Origin: an uncultured Bacteroidaceae bacterium
GTDB taxonomy: Bacteria > Bacteroidota > Bacteroidia > Bacteroidales > Bacteroidaceae
Direction: 5' to 3'
Assembly (NCBI GenBank): GCA_964570685.1
Contig: CAZMZC010000011.1
Span: forward strand, 866-64,865
DNA length: 64,000 nt
The position numbers and the translations under genes are program-made. Positions 38,931-47,690 of the stretch are shown here, in pieces (position 1 is the first letter of the stretch; each line of letters starts with the position of its first letter). Under the pieces are notes generated by a model that worked only from the letters and a program-made list of their open reading frames with translations, made no database searches and was not told where the DNA came from.

Positions 38931-40811
38931 ATGAACAACAACAAAAGTACAATCATCGGCTGGGTACTGATATTTGCCGTGATGGTAGGTTTCATATACC
39001 TTAACCAGCCCACAGAGGAGCAACTTGCCGAACAAGCACGCATGCGTGCCATGCAAGACTCCATCGCCACCGTAGAAGCGCAGAAGCAACTCGACGAATC
39101 TTTGGCCAAAGCACGCTACAACCAAATTCTGTTGCAGGACAGCACCTCTACCCTCTTCCTTGCCGCACAAGGCGAAGAGCAGAACTTCACATTGGAGAAC
39201 GAACTCGTGCGCCTCACCTTCTCAAGCCGTGGCGCACGCGTCACCTCAGCCATACTCAAGGAGTATAACAACCAGGAGGGATTGCCCGTAGAGCTGTTCA
39301 ACCAAGACGACGAGAGCCTCAGCTTCATGCTCGACGGCAAGAACGAGAATATCGTCACCGAGAAGCTCTATTTCCAGCCCATCGAGGTATCTGACAGCAC
39401 CCTCGTATTCCGCCTCCCCACCAACGGATCCGGCTACATCGACTTCAGCTACCGCCTGCTCCCTGAGAGCTACATGCTCAACCTCAGCGTGCAGGCCCAC
39501 GGCATGGTCAACTTCTTCCCCTCATCCATGAAAACGATGAACGTGGATTGGGAGCAGCGTGTGCGCCAGCAGGAGAAGGGCTACGACTTCGAGCAGCGCT
39601 ACGCCACCCTCACCTACAAGATAAACGGCAAGGGCACCGACCATCTGAACGAGATGAAGGCCGAGGCCGAAGAACTGGCAAATCTTGACTGGATTGCCTT
39701 CAAGGACCAGTTCTTCTCATGCATCTTCATCGCCGATCAGGAGTTCAAAACTGCCGAGGTAAGCTCATCGCCCATCAACGAAGGCAGTGGCTATCTCAAG
39801 AACATGACAGCCGAGACTACCGTATTCTTCGACCCCTCGGGCGAGAAAGCTTCAGACTTCCAGTTCTACTATGGCCCCAACCAGTTCCAGACACTCAAGG
39901 AGAACAGCAAATTGTCCACCAGCGGCAAAGACCTCAACCTCGACAAGCTCATCTACTTCGGATGGCCCATCGTGCGCTGGGTCAACCGCTTCTTCGTGGT
40001 ATACCTCTTCGACTGGCTCAACTCATGGGGCATGAACATGGGTATCGTGCTCCTCTTGCTCACACTCATCGTGAAGGCTATCGTATTCCCCTTCACCTAC
40101 AAGCAGTACCTCTCTACGGCCAAGATGCGTGCCCTCAAGCCCTACATCGACAAGATCAACGACAAGTATCCCAATCCCGAGGACGCCCTACAGAAGCAGC
40201 AAGAGACCATGCAGCTATACAGCAAGTACGGCGTGAGCCCCATGAGCGGATGCTTGCCCACCTTGATACAGATGCCCGTGTGGATGGCCCTCTTCTTCTT
40301 CGTGCCCAACGCCATCGAGCTGCGCGGACAGAAGTTCCTCTGGGCCAACGACCTCTCGGCCTACGACGACCTCCTGCATTGGAACTTCGACCTTCCCCTG
40401 CTTGGCGACCACATCTCACTCTTCTGCCTGCTCTTCAGTGCGGTGAACATCTTCAACACCCTCTACACCATGAAGCAGCAGCCCGCAGGTGGCGACCCCC
40501 AGCAGCAGAAGATGATGAAGTGGATGATGCTCTTGATGCCCATCATCTTCATCTTCGCGCTGAACAACTACTCGGCAGGTCTTAACTACTACTACTTCAT
40601 CTCTACCCTCTCGTCTATCATCATCATGTTTGTGCTCCGCCAAGCCATCGACGAGAAGAAGCTGCTCGTACAGCTCGAGGCCAACTATGCCAAGAACAAG
40701 CAGCAGCCCGCCAAGAAGAGCAGTATGATGGCTCGCCTTGAGGCTATGCAGAAGGAGCTTGAAGCACAACAGAAGCTGCAACAACAGCAACAGCAACGCT
40801 ACAAGAAATAA
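38931..40811 (+). CDS. yidC: membrane protein insertase YidC
   Basis: 626 aa with an N-terminal TM helix, a large periplasmic domain and a conserved C-terminal core (...SGCLPTLIQMPVWMALFFF...). pyrG-yidC synteny is typical of Bacteroidetes. Confidence 0.94.
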   Translation: MNNNKSTIIGWVLIFAVMVGFIYLNQPTEEQLAEQARMRAMQDSIATVEAQKQLDESLAKARYNQILLQDSTSTLFLAAQGEEQNFTLENELVRLTFSSRGARVTSAILKEYNNQEGLPVELFNQDDESLSFMLDGKNENIVTEKLYFQPIEVSDSTLVFRLPTNGSGYIDFSYRLLPESYMLNLSVQAHGMVNFFPSSMKTMNVDWEQRVRQQEKGYDFEQRYATLTYKINGKGTDHLNEMKAEAEELANLDWIAFKDQFFSCIFIADQEFKTAEVSSSPINEGSGYLKNMTAETTVFFDPSGEKASDFQFYYGPNQFQTLKENSKLSTSGKDLNLDKLIYFGWPIVRWVNRFFVVYLFDWLNSWGMNMGIVLLLLTLIVKAIVFPFTYKQYLSTAKMRALKPYIDKINDKYPNPEDALQKQQETMQLYSKYGVSPMSGCLPTLIQMPVWMALFFFVPNAIELRGQKFLWANDLSAYDDLLHWNFDLPLLGDHISLFCLLFSAVNIFNTLYTMKQQPAGGDPQQQKMMKWMMLLMPIIFIFALNNYSAGLNYYYFISTLSSIIIMFVLRQAIDEKKLLVQLEANYAKNKQQPAKKSSMMARLEAMQKELEAQQKLQQQQQQRYKK

Positions 40812-40838
40812 TTCATTAGCGTAACCCCATACACGAAA

Positions 40839-40870
40839 GGGCGCATTCCATAAAGGATGCGCCCTTCTTT
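40839..40870 (+). terminator. Putative intrinsic terminator after yidC
   Basis: gggcgcat..atgcgccc stem followed by ttcttt. Confidence 0.6.
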
Positions 40871-40879
40871 ATAAGAAGA

Positions 40880-40977
40880 TTTTGTCGAGCCTGTGATAAT
40901 TTTTTATCACACCTGTGAAAAATATTTTTCGCCAAAGTGAAAATTTATTTTCAAGCCTATGATAATTCTTGACAAAA
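40880..40977. repeat. Four CTGTGATAAT-like boxes at exact 22-bp phasing, bracketed by a 10-bp inverted repeat
   Basis: The TGA cores lie at 40894, 40916, 40938 and 40960. Boxes read gcctgtgataat, cctgtgaaaaat, aagtgaaaatt, gcctatgataatt. Bracket ttttgtcgag (40880..40889) against cttgacaaaa (40968..40977), 9 of 10. Confidence 0.8.
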
Positions 40978-41130
40978 CCTTCTCCCTTGTATCTTGAATG
41001 TACATAAAATCTAAGGGCCAAATAGATACAACGGAGCGGCCACTCCCTTTAAGGATGTGACCGCTCTATTGGACATTGCATCATGAAGAAAGTATTGTAG
41101 TCTCGCAATGTCGCTTGATTAGTGGAACTG

Positions 41131-41890
41131 TTAATTGCTTAGTCTGAACGTTACGGGGAGGGTGAAGCGCACGTTGACGGCCTCGCCTCTCTGCTTACCG
41201 GGAATCCAGTTAGGCATTTCGCTCACTACACGCAGGGCTTCAGCATCGAGCAGAGGGTCAACGGGCTTCATTACCTTGGCATCGGTGATGCTGCCATCCT
41301 TTCTCACAACAAACTGCACGATTACGCGTCCTTGTGTCCCTTGCTCTTGCGCCTCCTTGGGGTACTTGATTTCCTTGCTCAGATGCTTCATCAAGGCTTC
41401 CATACCGCCAGGGAATTCGGGTTGGTGCTCTACTACTTGGAAGATTTCGTCACCAGTTACCTCGGGATGCTTCACTTCGGCTGCCTGTTTGGAAGCATCA
41501 TTGTTCAGCTTGAATGTCACGGGAAGCGTGAAACGCACACGAACTAACTCTCCTCTCTGTTTGCCGGGTGTCCAGTTGGGCATTTCGCTCACTACGCGCA
41601 GGGCTTCAGCATCGAGCAGAGGGTCAACGGGCTTCATTACCTTGGCGTCGCTGATGCTGCCATCCTTGTTCACTACGAACTGCACGATAACACGGCCCTG
41701 TTTGCCCTGCTCTTGTGCCTCCTTTGGGTACTTGATATTCTCCTGTAGGAACTTCATCATCTCTTCCATGCCACCAGGGAACATGGGTTGCTCCTCTACG
41801 ACTTGGAAGATTTCGCCCTCTTCTGAGTTTCCTGAGGTGCCCCCTCTACCAGGCTTTGTGCTTTCATATACAGAAAACTCGCCATCTCCG
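41131..41890. repeat. Tandem internal duplication (~375 bp x2) encoding the two TonB-C domains
   Basis: Two stretches share long near-identical runs, for example ggcatttcgctcactac[a/g]cgcagggcttcagcatcgagcagagggtcaacgggcttcattaccttggc in both copies. Confidence 0.85.
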
Positions 41891-43209
41891 TCAGATTTTT
41901 TTGTTATAGATTCTACGGACACAGAGCCATCTTCGGATTTCTTGATAAGCTGAACCATCAAAGGCTCCTCTTCGCCCTTATGTTGCCACATTGCATCCAT
42001 CACCTCTTTCTTAGTCGTATTTTTCAGATAGTACTTTATTGCACCATTTGCTGCACGCTCGCCGTATGTGGATTTAGCTTCATCTTCTTTTAAGACTTTA
42101 ACAGCCTCGATATTCATTTGAGTGAGGTTGAATTGTGCAAGGTAACTCTTAGAGTCCTTATTGTACTTGTCTACCCAATTCTCTTCGCCAATCTTATACA
42201 TTTCTGTACCGTCAGGGAATACGAGAATAAGCAGCGGGTCTCCCTTACCATTTGTATCTACAATTACATCAGCATTCTCTTGGTTAGCATCTGCCTTCTT
42301 TTCCTTCGGCGAAGTGCAGGAAATTACGGCTACTGCCACGAAGGCTACGGGGAGCACGAACAGAGCTTTCATCCGTGCCCACGGACTGGTTTGTCTTTTC
42401 ATCATCATAATAATACGTTTTTTAGTGGAACAATTGTTGAAATTATTAGTCATCGTATTGAACTTCACGCCCACGGCTTCCTCAAAGAGACGAAGCTGGT
42501 ATTGGCGGGCGTCGAACCCTTGGCGCAGGGTGTCGCTGTCGGCCTCAAACTCGTGTATGGCCTCGAGCTCACGTTTGAGGAGCCAGGCTGCGGGGTTGAA
42601 CCACTGCACCGTGGCAAAGAGCTGCACGAAGAGCAGGTCCCACGAGTGGTGTAGGCGTATATGAGCACGCTCATGGGCGAGTATCATATCGAAGTTGTCG
42701 TTGAGGTCCTGCTCCGACACGATGATATAGCGCATCCATGAGAAGGGTCCGTACGCCTTGTTGTGGGTGACAAGGATGGTGCCGTCGCTCATCACGCGCT
42801 GTTTGCTTCGGCGTATGAGCAGGGCGATGGAGAGGAGCGAACCCACGAAATGGCCCAAGCAGACAAGCAGCCCCACGGTATAGATACCGCCCAATATCAG
42901 TCGCCACGGTATCTGTTGCCACGGCACGCGCTGCCACAGCGGTGTGTGAGCATCTTCCATCGCAGCCGTCTCTACAGGCTCCGCCTCAAGCACAGCGCCC
43001 AGCTCGCCAATCTCCACAGCAGCCTCCTGACCGATGATGCCAAGGTCGATATACATGAAGGGCACCACGGCCGAGAGTGCCAGGATGAACAGCAGCAAGC
43101 AGCGGTTGAACCGATGCAGCGTATCGCGACTGCACAGCAGCTTGTAGAACATATAGAATGCCGCCAAGCTGAGCGATACCTTTATTATATATAGGAGGAA
43201 AGTGTACAT
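41131..43209 (-). CDS. BlaR1/MecR1-type M56 peptidase sensor fused to two TonB C-terminal domains
   Basis: 692 aa. N-terminal TM region with HEXXH (LAHERAHIRLHH). Two ~105-aa TonB-C units (IFQVVE.QP.FPGGME...RVIVQFVV.KDGSI.DAKVMKPVDPLLDAEALRVVSEMPNW.PGKQRGE). Confidence 0.85.
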   Translation of the reverse strand: MYTFLLYIIKVSLSLAAFYMFYKLLCSRDTLHRFNRCLLLFILALSAVVPFMYIDLGIIGQEAAVEIGELGAVLEAEPVETAAMEDAHTPLWQRVPWQQIPWRLILGGIYTVGLLVCLGHFVGSLLSIALLIRRSKQRVMSDGTILVTHNKAYGPFSWMRYIIVSEQDLNDNFDMILAHERAHIRLHHSWDLLFVQLFATVQWFNPAAWLLKRELEAIHEFEADSDTLRQGFDARQYQLRLFEEAVGVKFNTMTNNFNNCSTKKRIIMMMKRQTSPWARMKALFVLPVAFVAVAVISCTSPKEKKADANQENADVIVDTNGKGDPLLILVFPDGTEMYKIGEENWVDKYNKDSKSYLAQFNLTQMNIEAVKVLKEDEAKSTYGERAANGAIKYYLKNTTKKEVMDAMWQHKGEEEPLMVQLIKKSEDGSVSVESITKKSDGDGEFSVYESTKPGRGGTSGNSEEGEIFQVVEEQPMFPGGMEEMMKFLQENIKYPKEAQEQGKQGRVIVQFVVNKDGSISDAKVMKPVDPLLDAEALRVVSEMPNWTPGKQRGELVRVRFTLPVTFKLNNDASKQAAEVKHPEVTGDEIFQVVEHQPEFPGGMEALMKHLSKEIKYPKEAQEQGTQGRVIVQFVVRKDGSITDAKVMKPVDPLLDAEALRVVSEMPNWIPGKQRGEAVNVRFTLPVTFRLSN

Positions 43210-43226
43210 AATTAAAAGAAGATGTG

Positions 43227-43430
43227 GCCCCCTCTAACTCCCCCAAGGGGGAGGACTCTATCCTTATGATGGAGTTAGATTTGGGGATTTTAATGGTTGT
43301 TACTAATATTTTACAACACTGCGTTGTCGGAGTTCTCCCCCTTGGGGGCCGACGCGGAATGAGCGTCGGTTGCGACGACTGAACCTTTAGGTTCACAAAG
43401 GAGTCTCGCTTGCGAGCTTTTAGAGGGGGC
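43227..43430. mobile_element. MITE/REP-like 204-bp element with 11-bp perfect terminal inverted repeats, inserted between blaI and blaR1
   Basis: gccccctctaa (43227..43237) against ttagagggggc (43420..43430). Subterminal hairpins ctccccc-aa-gggggag and ctcgc-tt-gcgag. Internal hairpins cgacgc..gcgtcg and gaacc..ggttc. No ORF of its own. Confidence 0.6.
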
Positions 43431-43793
43431 TCCATCTTTCAGCAACGCTATCAGCTCCTCTATCTCCTCCGTCGAGAGGTTCTCCTCCTTGACGAAGAAG
43501 TTGACGAGGCTGGCAGCCGAGCCGCGGAAGAGGTTGTCCTTGACGCTGCGCATGTAGTTGCGGGTGTACTCGCCGTGCTGCACGAGAGGATAGAAGCGGT
43601 GCTGCTTGCCTATGGGTTCGCTGGCAACAAACTTCTTCTCCTTCAGTATGCGCAGGAAGGTGAGCACCGTATTGTAGGCAGGTTGTGGCTCGGGAAACTT
43701 CTCCAGTATCTCGCTCACCGTGCCCTTCCCCATATCCCACAGGATATTCATCACTTGCAGCTCTGCACGGGTCAATTCGTTCGTTCGTTTCAT
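43311..43793 (-). CDS. BlaI/MecI/CopY-family transcriptional repressor (C-terminus supplied by the inserted element)
   Basis: ORF 43311..43826. I prefer the start at 43793 (MKRTNELTRAELQVMNILW...). The winged-helix core ends ...EEIEELIALLKDG. The last 39 codons and the stop lie inside 43227..43430. Confidence 0.8.
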   Translation of the reverse strand: MKRTNELTRAELQVMNILWDMGKGTVSEILEKFPEPQPAYNTVLTFLRILKEKKFVASEPIGKQHRFYPLVQHGEYTRNYMRSVKDNLFRGSAASLVNFFVKEENLSTEEIEELIALLKDGAPSKSSQARLLCEPKGSVVATDAHSASAPKGENSDNAVL

Positions 43794-44055
43794 TTCTCTT
43801 AAAGTTTTAGTTGATTCGTGCGACAAAGAAAAACATTTCTTTCTCCTCTTCCAACTAAAACTTTAAGAATTTACATACAAGCCCCACTTTTTAACATTTA
43901 TTTTTAGTTGCAAGCGCATAAATGCATGTTTATACCAGTAGTGCGGGCAGAAAGTAAGAGAGCCGTCCCATCGGGAACGGCTCTCTCTTATAGTTTGCAT
44001 AGCCTTTAGCTACAAGATTATGATAACCAGCCTAACGCATATAATTATCAACTAT

Positions 44056-44110
44056 CAATTGTGAATGGTCAATTGTGAATTGTCAATTGTCAATTGTCAA
44101 TTGTCAATTT
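44056..44110 (-). repeat. Heptamer CAATTGA (gene-sense) word repeat containing the M16 peptidase stop codon
   Basis: Plus strand: caattgtgaatggtcaattgtgaattgtcaattgtcaattgtcaattgtcaattt. In gene sense it reads TAA ATTGACAATTGACAATTGACAATTGACAATTCACAATTGA..., the same sense orientation as after pyrG. Confidence 0.9.
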
Positions 44111-46919
44111 ATTCAACACCCACCATCGAAACTTCAATTTCGTTGCCCTGCTTGAGGAGCTTCTGGACAAACTTCTTCAGGTCGTCGGGAGTGATGCTGT
44201 TGAGGGTCTTCTCATAGTCCTTGTAGCCATCGTAGCCGGAGAAGACGTAGTTGTACATGAGGTTGCTCCAGTAGGCGTTCTCCTTCTGGTTCTCGGTGTA
44301 CTTCTTCAGCATATATTCGCGCACCTTGTCGAGGTTCTTCTGCTCGGGACCTTCCTGGGCATACTTGTTGAGCAGATCGATAGCCATTTGGGTGAGGTGC
44401 TCGCGCTTGTCGGGGTCGGTCTGGAACACAATCTGCAACATAGCCTTCTCGCTGGGCACATTGCTGATCTGACCTCTACAGCTTACGCCATAGGTGCCAC
44501 CCTCCTTCTCGCGAATCTCCTCGGTGTACACGATGTCGAGGATCTGTGTGGTGAGGCTCATGAGGAGTTGGCTCTTGAGGTCGGCCTTGGCCTTTCCACT
44601 GTATACTACGAGTACGGTAGCGGCGGGTGTAGCCATCTGCTTCTCGAAGATGTTGGTAATCTCGCCCTTCTGGATATCGAGCTTCACGTCTTTCACCTTC
44701 TCCTTCTTGCCACCTGTGGGCAGACCGCCGATATACTTCTCGATGAGGGGCAGTGCGGTAGCCTCGTCGATGGCACCGGTGAAGATGAATACGAAGTCGC
44801 CTGCATTGGCGAAACGCTCCTTGTAGATCTCGAGGATGCGCTTGTCGTCAATCTTCTCCACATCGGCTGCCTTCATGTTGAGTGCACGAGGATGGTTATT
44901 GTAGAGCACCTTGGTGATGGTGTCGCTCAGTGCCGATGAGGGATCCAGCTCCTGATTCTCGAGCATGGCCTTCATCTTGCTCTTGTAGGATGCAAAGGCT
45001 TCGTCATCGAGGCGGGGAGCAGTGAACTGCAGATAGGTGAGCTGCATCAGAGTCTCAAAGTCCTTCGGGGTACTGTTACCGTTCATACCCTCCGTGTACA
45101 TGCTTACGAAGGGCGATACGCCAGCCTTCTTGCCGGCAAGAGCCTTCTGCAGGTCGGTGCTGTTGAAATTGCCGATACCGTTGTTGCTGATCACGTCAGA
45201 TACCTGTCCGAGGTTGATGCTCTCGCTTGCATCGTACAGTGCCTGACCGCCCTTACTGAAAACACGCATCATAATCTGGTCGGCCTTGAAGTCGGTGCTC
45301 TTGAGGTATACGGTAGCGCCGTTCGAGAGGGTCAGCTGCTTGTAGCCATACTTGGCCTCCTTGGTCTTCACCACCTTGCCGCCAGTAGGCTCCTGGGCGA
45401 TGAGGGGTTCGTCAGACACCTTGTCAACGTATGCGGTGATGTCCTCGGCTGCCACTGAGGTGAGCAGCTGGGCCACTTCTGCCTCGGTGGGATAGGTCAC
45501 GCCCTCCTTTTCGGGGAGCATAGCCATCACTACGAGGTTAGAGTCGCTCATGAGGCCTTGTATAAACTGGTTCACGAGGTCTACGGGGAGGTTGGGAGCG
45601 AACTGGTTCATCAGTGCATACTCGTTCTCGATGCCGGGGATAGGCTCGTTGTCGATGAAGTGGCGCACATACTGCTGGCAGTAGTTGCGGTTCTTCACCT
45701 TGGCACGCTCGTTGTAGGCGCTCTCCAGGTTGGTCAGGTACTCGGCACGTGCACGCACATACTCCGACTCGGTGAAGCCGTGGCGCTGGGCACGCAGCAT
45801 CTCGCGGTAGAGGGTAGCTACGGCCTCCTTCATCTGTCCCTCCTTGGGGATGATGGCACCGCTCACGGCACCCTTGGTCTTGGAGAGGAAGTAGTCCTCA
45901 TCGTTCACGAAGCCCTCTACGAAGGGAGCGTTGGGCTGCATGGCCAGCTCGTTCATACGGCTGCCCATCATCGAGGTAAACATCGCCTTGGCATAGTCGA
46001 TGATAAGGTACTGCATGTTGCCCTTCACCTCGGCGGGGATAGCCTCGTGCTTGTTGAATATATATACGATGCCATACTGCTGCTCCTTGTCCTTGGCCAT
46101 GGCGATGATAGGCTCCTTGTTGTCAGCCACGGGATAGTACACGCGCTCGGCAGGGTTCTCGGGCATGGTGAGGTCGGCAAAGATGCTCTTGATCTTGGCC
46201 TCTATCTCATCTACATTGACATCGCCCACTACGACGATACCCTGTTGGTCGGGGCGGTACCACTTCTCATAGTAGTCGCGCAGAGCCTGGTAGGGGAAGT
46301 TGTCCACCACCTCCATCGTGCCGATAGGCATGCGGTGGCCATAGCGGTTGCCGTCGGGGTACAGTGTGGGGAGCAACTGCTCGAGCATACGCTGCTGAGC
46401 CGTGTTGCGTTGGCGCCACTCCTCATGGATTACGCCACGCTCCTTGTCGATGTCAGCCCCTTCGAGCAGGAGAGCACCAGCCCAGTCGTGCAGAATCCAC
46501 AAGCATGAGTCGATGGCACCAGCCACGCTCATGGGCACATTGTCGATGTTGTACACCGTCTCGTCAATCGAGGTGTAGGCATTGAGGTCGGCACCGAACT
46601 TCACGCCGATGCCTTCGAGGTATTTGATGACCCCATTGCCGGGAAACTTCTCCGTACCGTTGAAGCACATGTGCTCCAGGAAGTGCGCCAATCCGCGTTG
46701 GTTATCCTCCTCCAGCACCGAGCCCACCTTCTGAGCGATGTAGAAGTTGGCCTGTCCTTCGGGATAGTTGTTCTGACGGATGTAGTAGGTCAGTCCGTTG
46801 TCAAGTTTGCCCACGCGAACCTGCGGGTCCACGGGCACAGGCGGCATCTGCTGGGCAAATGCCGTCACGGCACATACCACGAGTGTGACCAATGCCATGA
46901 AATGCTTTCTTAGATTCAT
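44109..46919 (-). CDS. M16-family zinc peptidase (insulinase/pitrilysin-like, two-module)
   Basis: ORF 44109..46997. I prefer the start at 46919 (MNLRKHFMALVTLVVCAVTAFAQ signal peptide). Inverted zinc motif HFLEH (GLAHFLEHMCFNGT). TAATTTTG box on the minus strand at 47044..47051. Confidence 0.9.
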   Translation of the reverse strand: MNLRKHFMALVTLVVCAVTAFAQQMPPVPVDPQVRVGKLDNGLTYYIRQNNYPEGQANFYIAQKVGSVLEEDNQRGLAHFLEHMCFNGTEKFPGNGVIKYLEGIGVKFGADLNAYTSIDETVYNIDNVPMSVAGAIDSCLWILHDWAGALLLEGADIDKERGVIHEEWRQRNTAQQRMLEQLLPTLYPDGNRYGHRMPIGTMEVVDNFPYQALRDYYEKWYRPDQQGIVVVGDVNVDEIEAKIKSIFADLTMPENPAERVYYPVADNKEPIIAMAKDKEQQYGIVYIFNKHEAIPAEVKGNMQYLIIDYAKAMFTSMMGSRMNELAMQPNAPFVEGFVNDEDYFLSKTKGAVSGAIIPKEGQMKEAVATLYREMLRAQRHGFTESEYVRARAEYLTNLESAYNERAKVKNRNYCQQYVRHFIDNEPIPGIENEYALMNQFAPNLPVDLVNQFIQGLMSDSNLVVMAMLPEKEGVTYPTEAEVAQLLTSVAAEDITAYVDKVSDEPLIAQEPTGGKVVKTKEAKYGYKQLTLSNGATVYLKSTDFKADQIMMRVFSKGGQALYDASESINLGQVSDVISNNGIGNFNSTDLQKALAGKKAGVSPFVSMYTEGMNGNSTPKDFETLMQLTYLQFTAPRLDDEAFASYKSKMKAMLENQELDPSSALSDTITKVLYNNHPRALNMKAADVEKIDDKRILEIYKERFANAGDFVFIFTGAIDEATALPLIEKYIGGLPTGGKKEKVKDVKLDIQKGEITNIFEKQMATPAATVLVVYSGKAKADLKSQLLMSLTTQILDIVYTEEIREKEGGTYGVSCRGQISNVPSEKAMLQIVFQTDPDKREHLTQMAIDLLNKYAQEGPEQKNLDKVREYMLKKYTENQKENAYWSNLMYNYVFSGYDGYKDYEKTLNSITPDDLKKFVQKLLKQGNEIEVSMVGVE

Positions 46920-47108
46920 AGTTATATTATAAAATGATAGTTGTTTATCCTCAATCTTTTTATCATTAGACGCAAGCGCCAGCAAAAAACTACACATCTA
47001 ATCTATTTTTTCTCTCCATTGCTTGGCGCAAGCATATTTTTTGCAAAATTAACACATTTGTCCGAAGTCTCGACAACTTTAACATTATTTATACATATGC
47101 CGCCCTAC

Positions 47109-47690
47109 TTTACGCAAAACATACGCAACATTTACGACGGATTTTACGCAACATTTACGGACGTAATCAACAATGTACCAGTGCAATATGGGGTAAATTA
47201 CGCAACATTTGCGCTTTGCCTATTATTTTTGTTCCATCTGCCTTCAGGTTGTTGTCAGAACTCGAGCAGAAGGGCGACGAATCCTTTAGATAGTTCCAAA
47301 CTCTGACGATGTCCTTTGCCTTTTCTAAAAAACTCCTCTGCGATATTTCACAATAGAAAGTTTCAAAAGATACGTCGCTAGCTAGTGATGCGCGGCGCGG
47401 TAGCTAGTGACGCACACCTCGCTAGTTAGCGATGCATGCCGCGGTAACTAGCGCGGCGAAAGATGTTAAGGTCGATAAACGCTGGCCGAACCTGCAATAA
47501 ATCGTGCTGGCATTTCCGAAAAAGATGTAAGTGACGTGTCTTGCCAAGGGGAGGGATTGTACAAGAAAAAACAGTAGAATATGCAATGTTGCGTAATTCA
47601 CCCTTTATCCAACTGATAATCCATAAGTTGCACGCAAAAATAGTGCGTAAAATCCGTCGTAAATCTTGCGTAAATCTTGCGTAAGATTCC
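47109..47690. repeat. Long imperfect-palindrome non-coding element, copy C (TTACGCAA 11-mer arrays plus twin CTAG hairpins)
   Basis: Outer arms 47122..47150 against 47644..47672 (28 of 29). Inner arms aattacgcaacatt 47196..47209 against 47585..47598 (14 of 14), both 74 nt from the outer arms. Arms are made of 11-nt words (TACGCAAAACA TACGCAACATT TACGACGGATT ...). Hairpins at 47378..47407 and 47420..47453. Confidence 0.7.

Noticed and set aside
41131-41890. Diversity-generating retroelement (template/variable repeat pair) for the duplicated TonB-C modules or the LRR repeats.
   Set aside because: There is no reverse transcriptase or accessory gene in the window. Differences between the copies are not confined to adenine positions.
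44056-44110. CRISPR array hypothesis for the short tandem repeats here and at other word-repeat blocks.
   Set aside because: The units are 7-11 nt and contiguous, with no unique spacers. There are no cas genes in the window.
47605-47613. DnaA-box-like TTATCCAAC inside element C, suggesting oriC.
   Set aside because: It is a single imperfect box, with no cluster, no adjacent AT-rich unwinding element pattern, and no dnaA/dnaN context.
47122-47672. Simple ON/OFF invertible promoter (inverton) controlling the OM-barrel gene.
   Set aside because: The inverted repeats fit, but the element is nearly mirror-symmetric with inward-facing -7 boxes on both sides. Inversion would therefore not change what faces the flanking genes. 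No recombinase gene is nearby. Inversion remains only one testable option in the finding, not a call.
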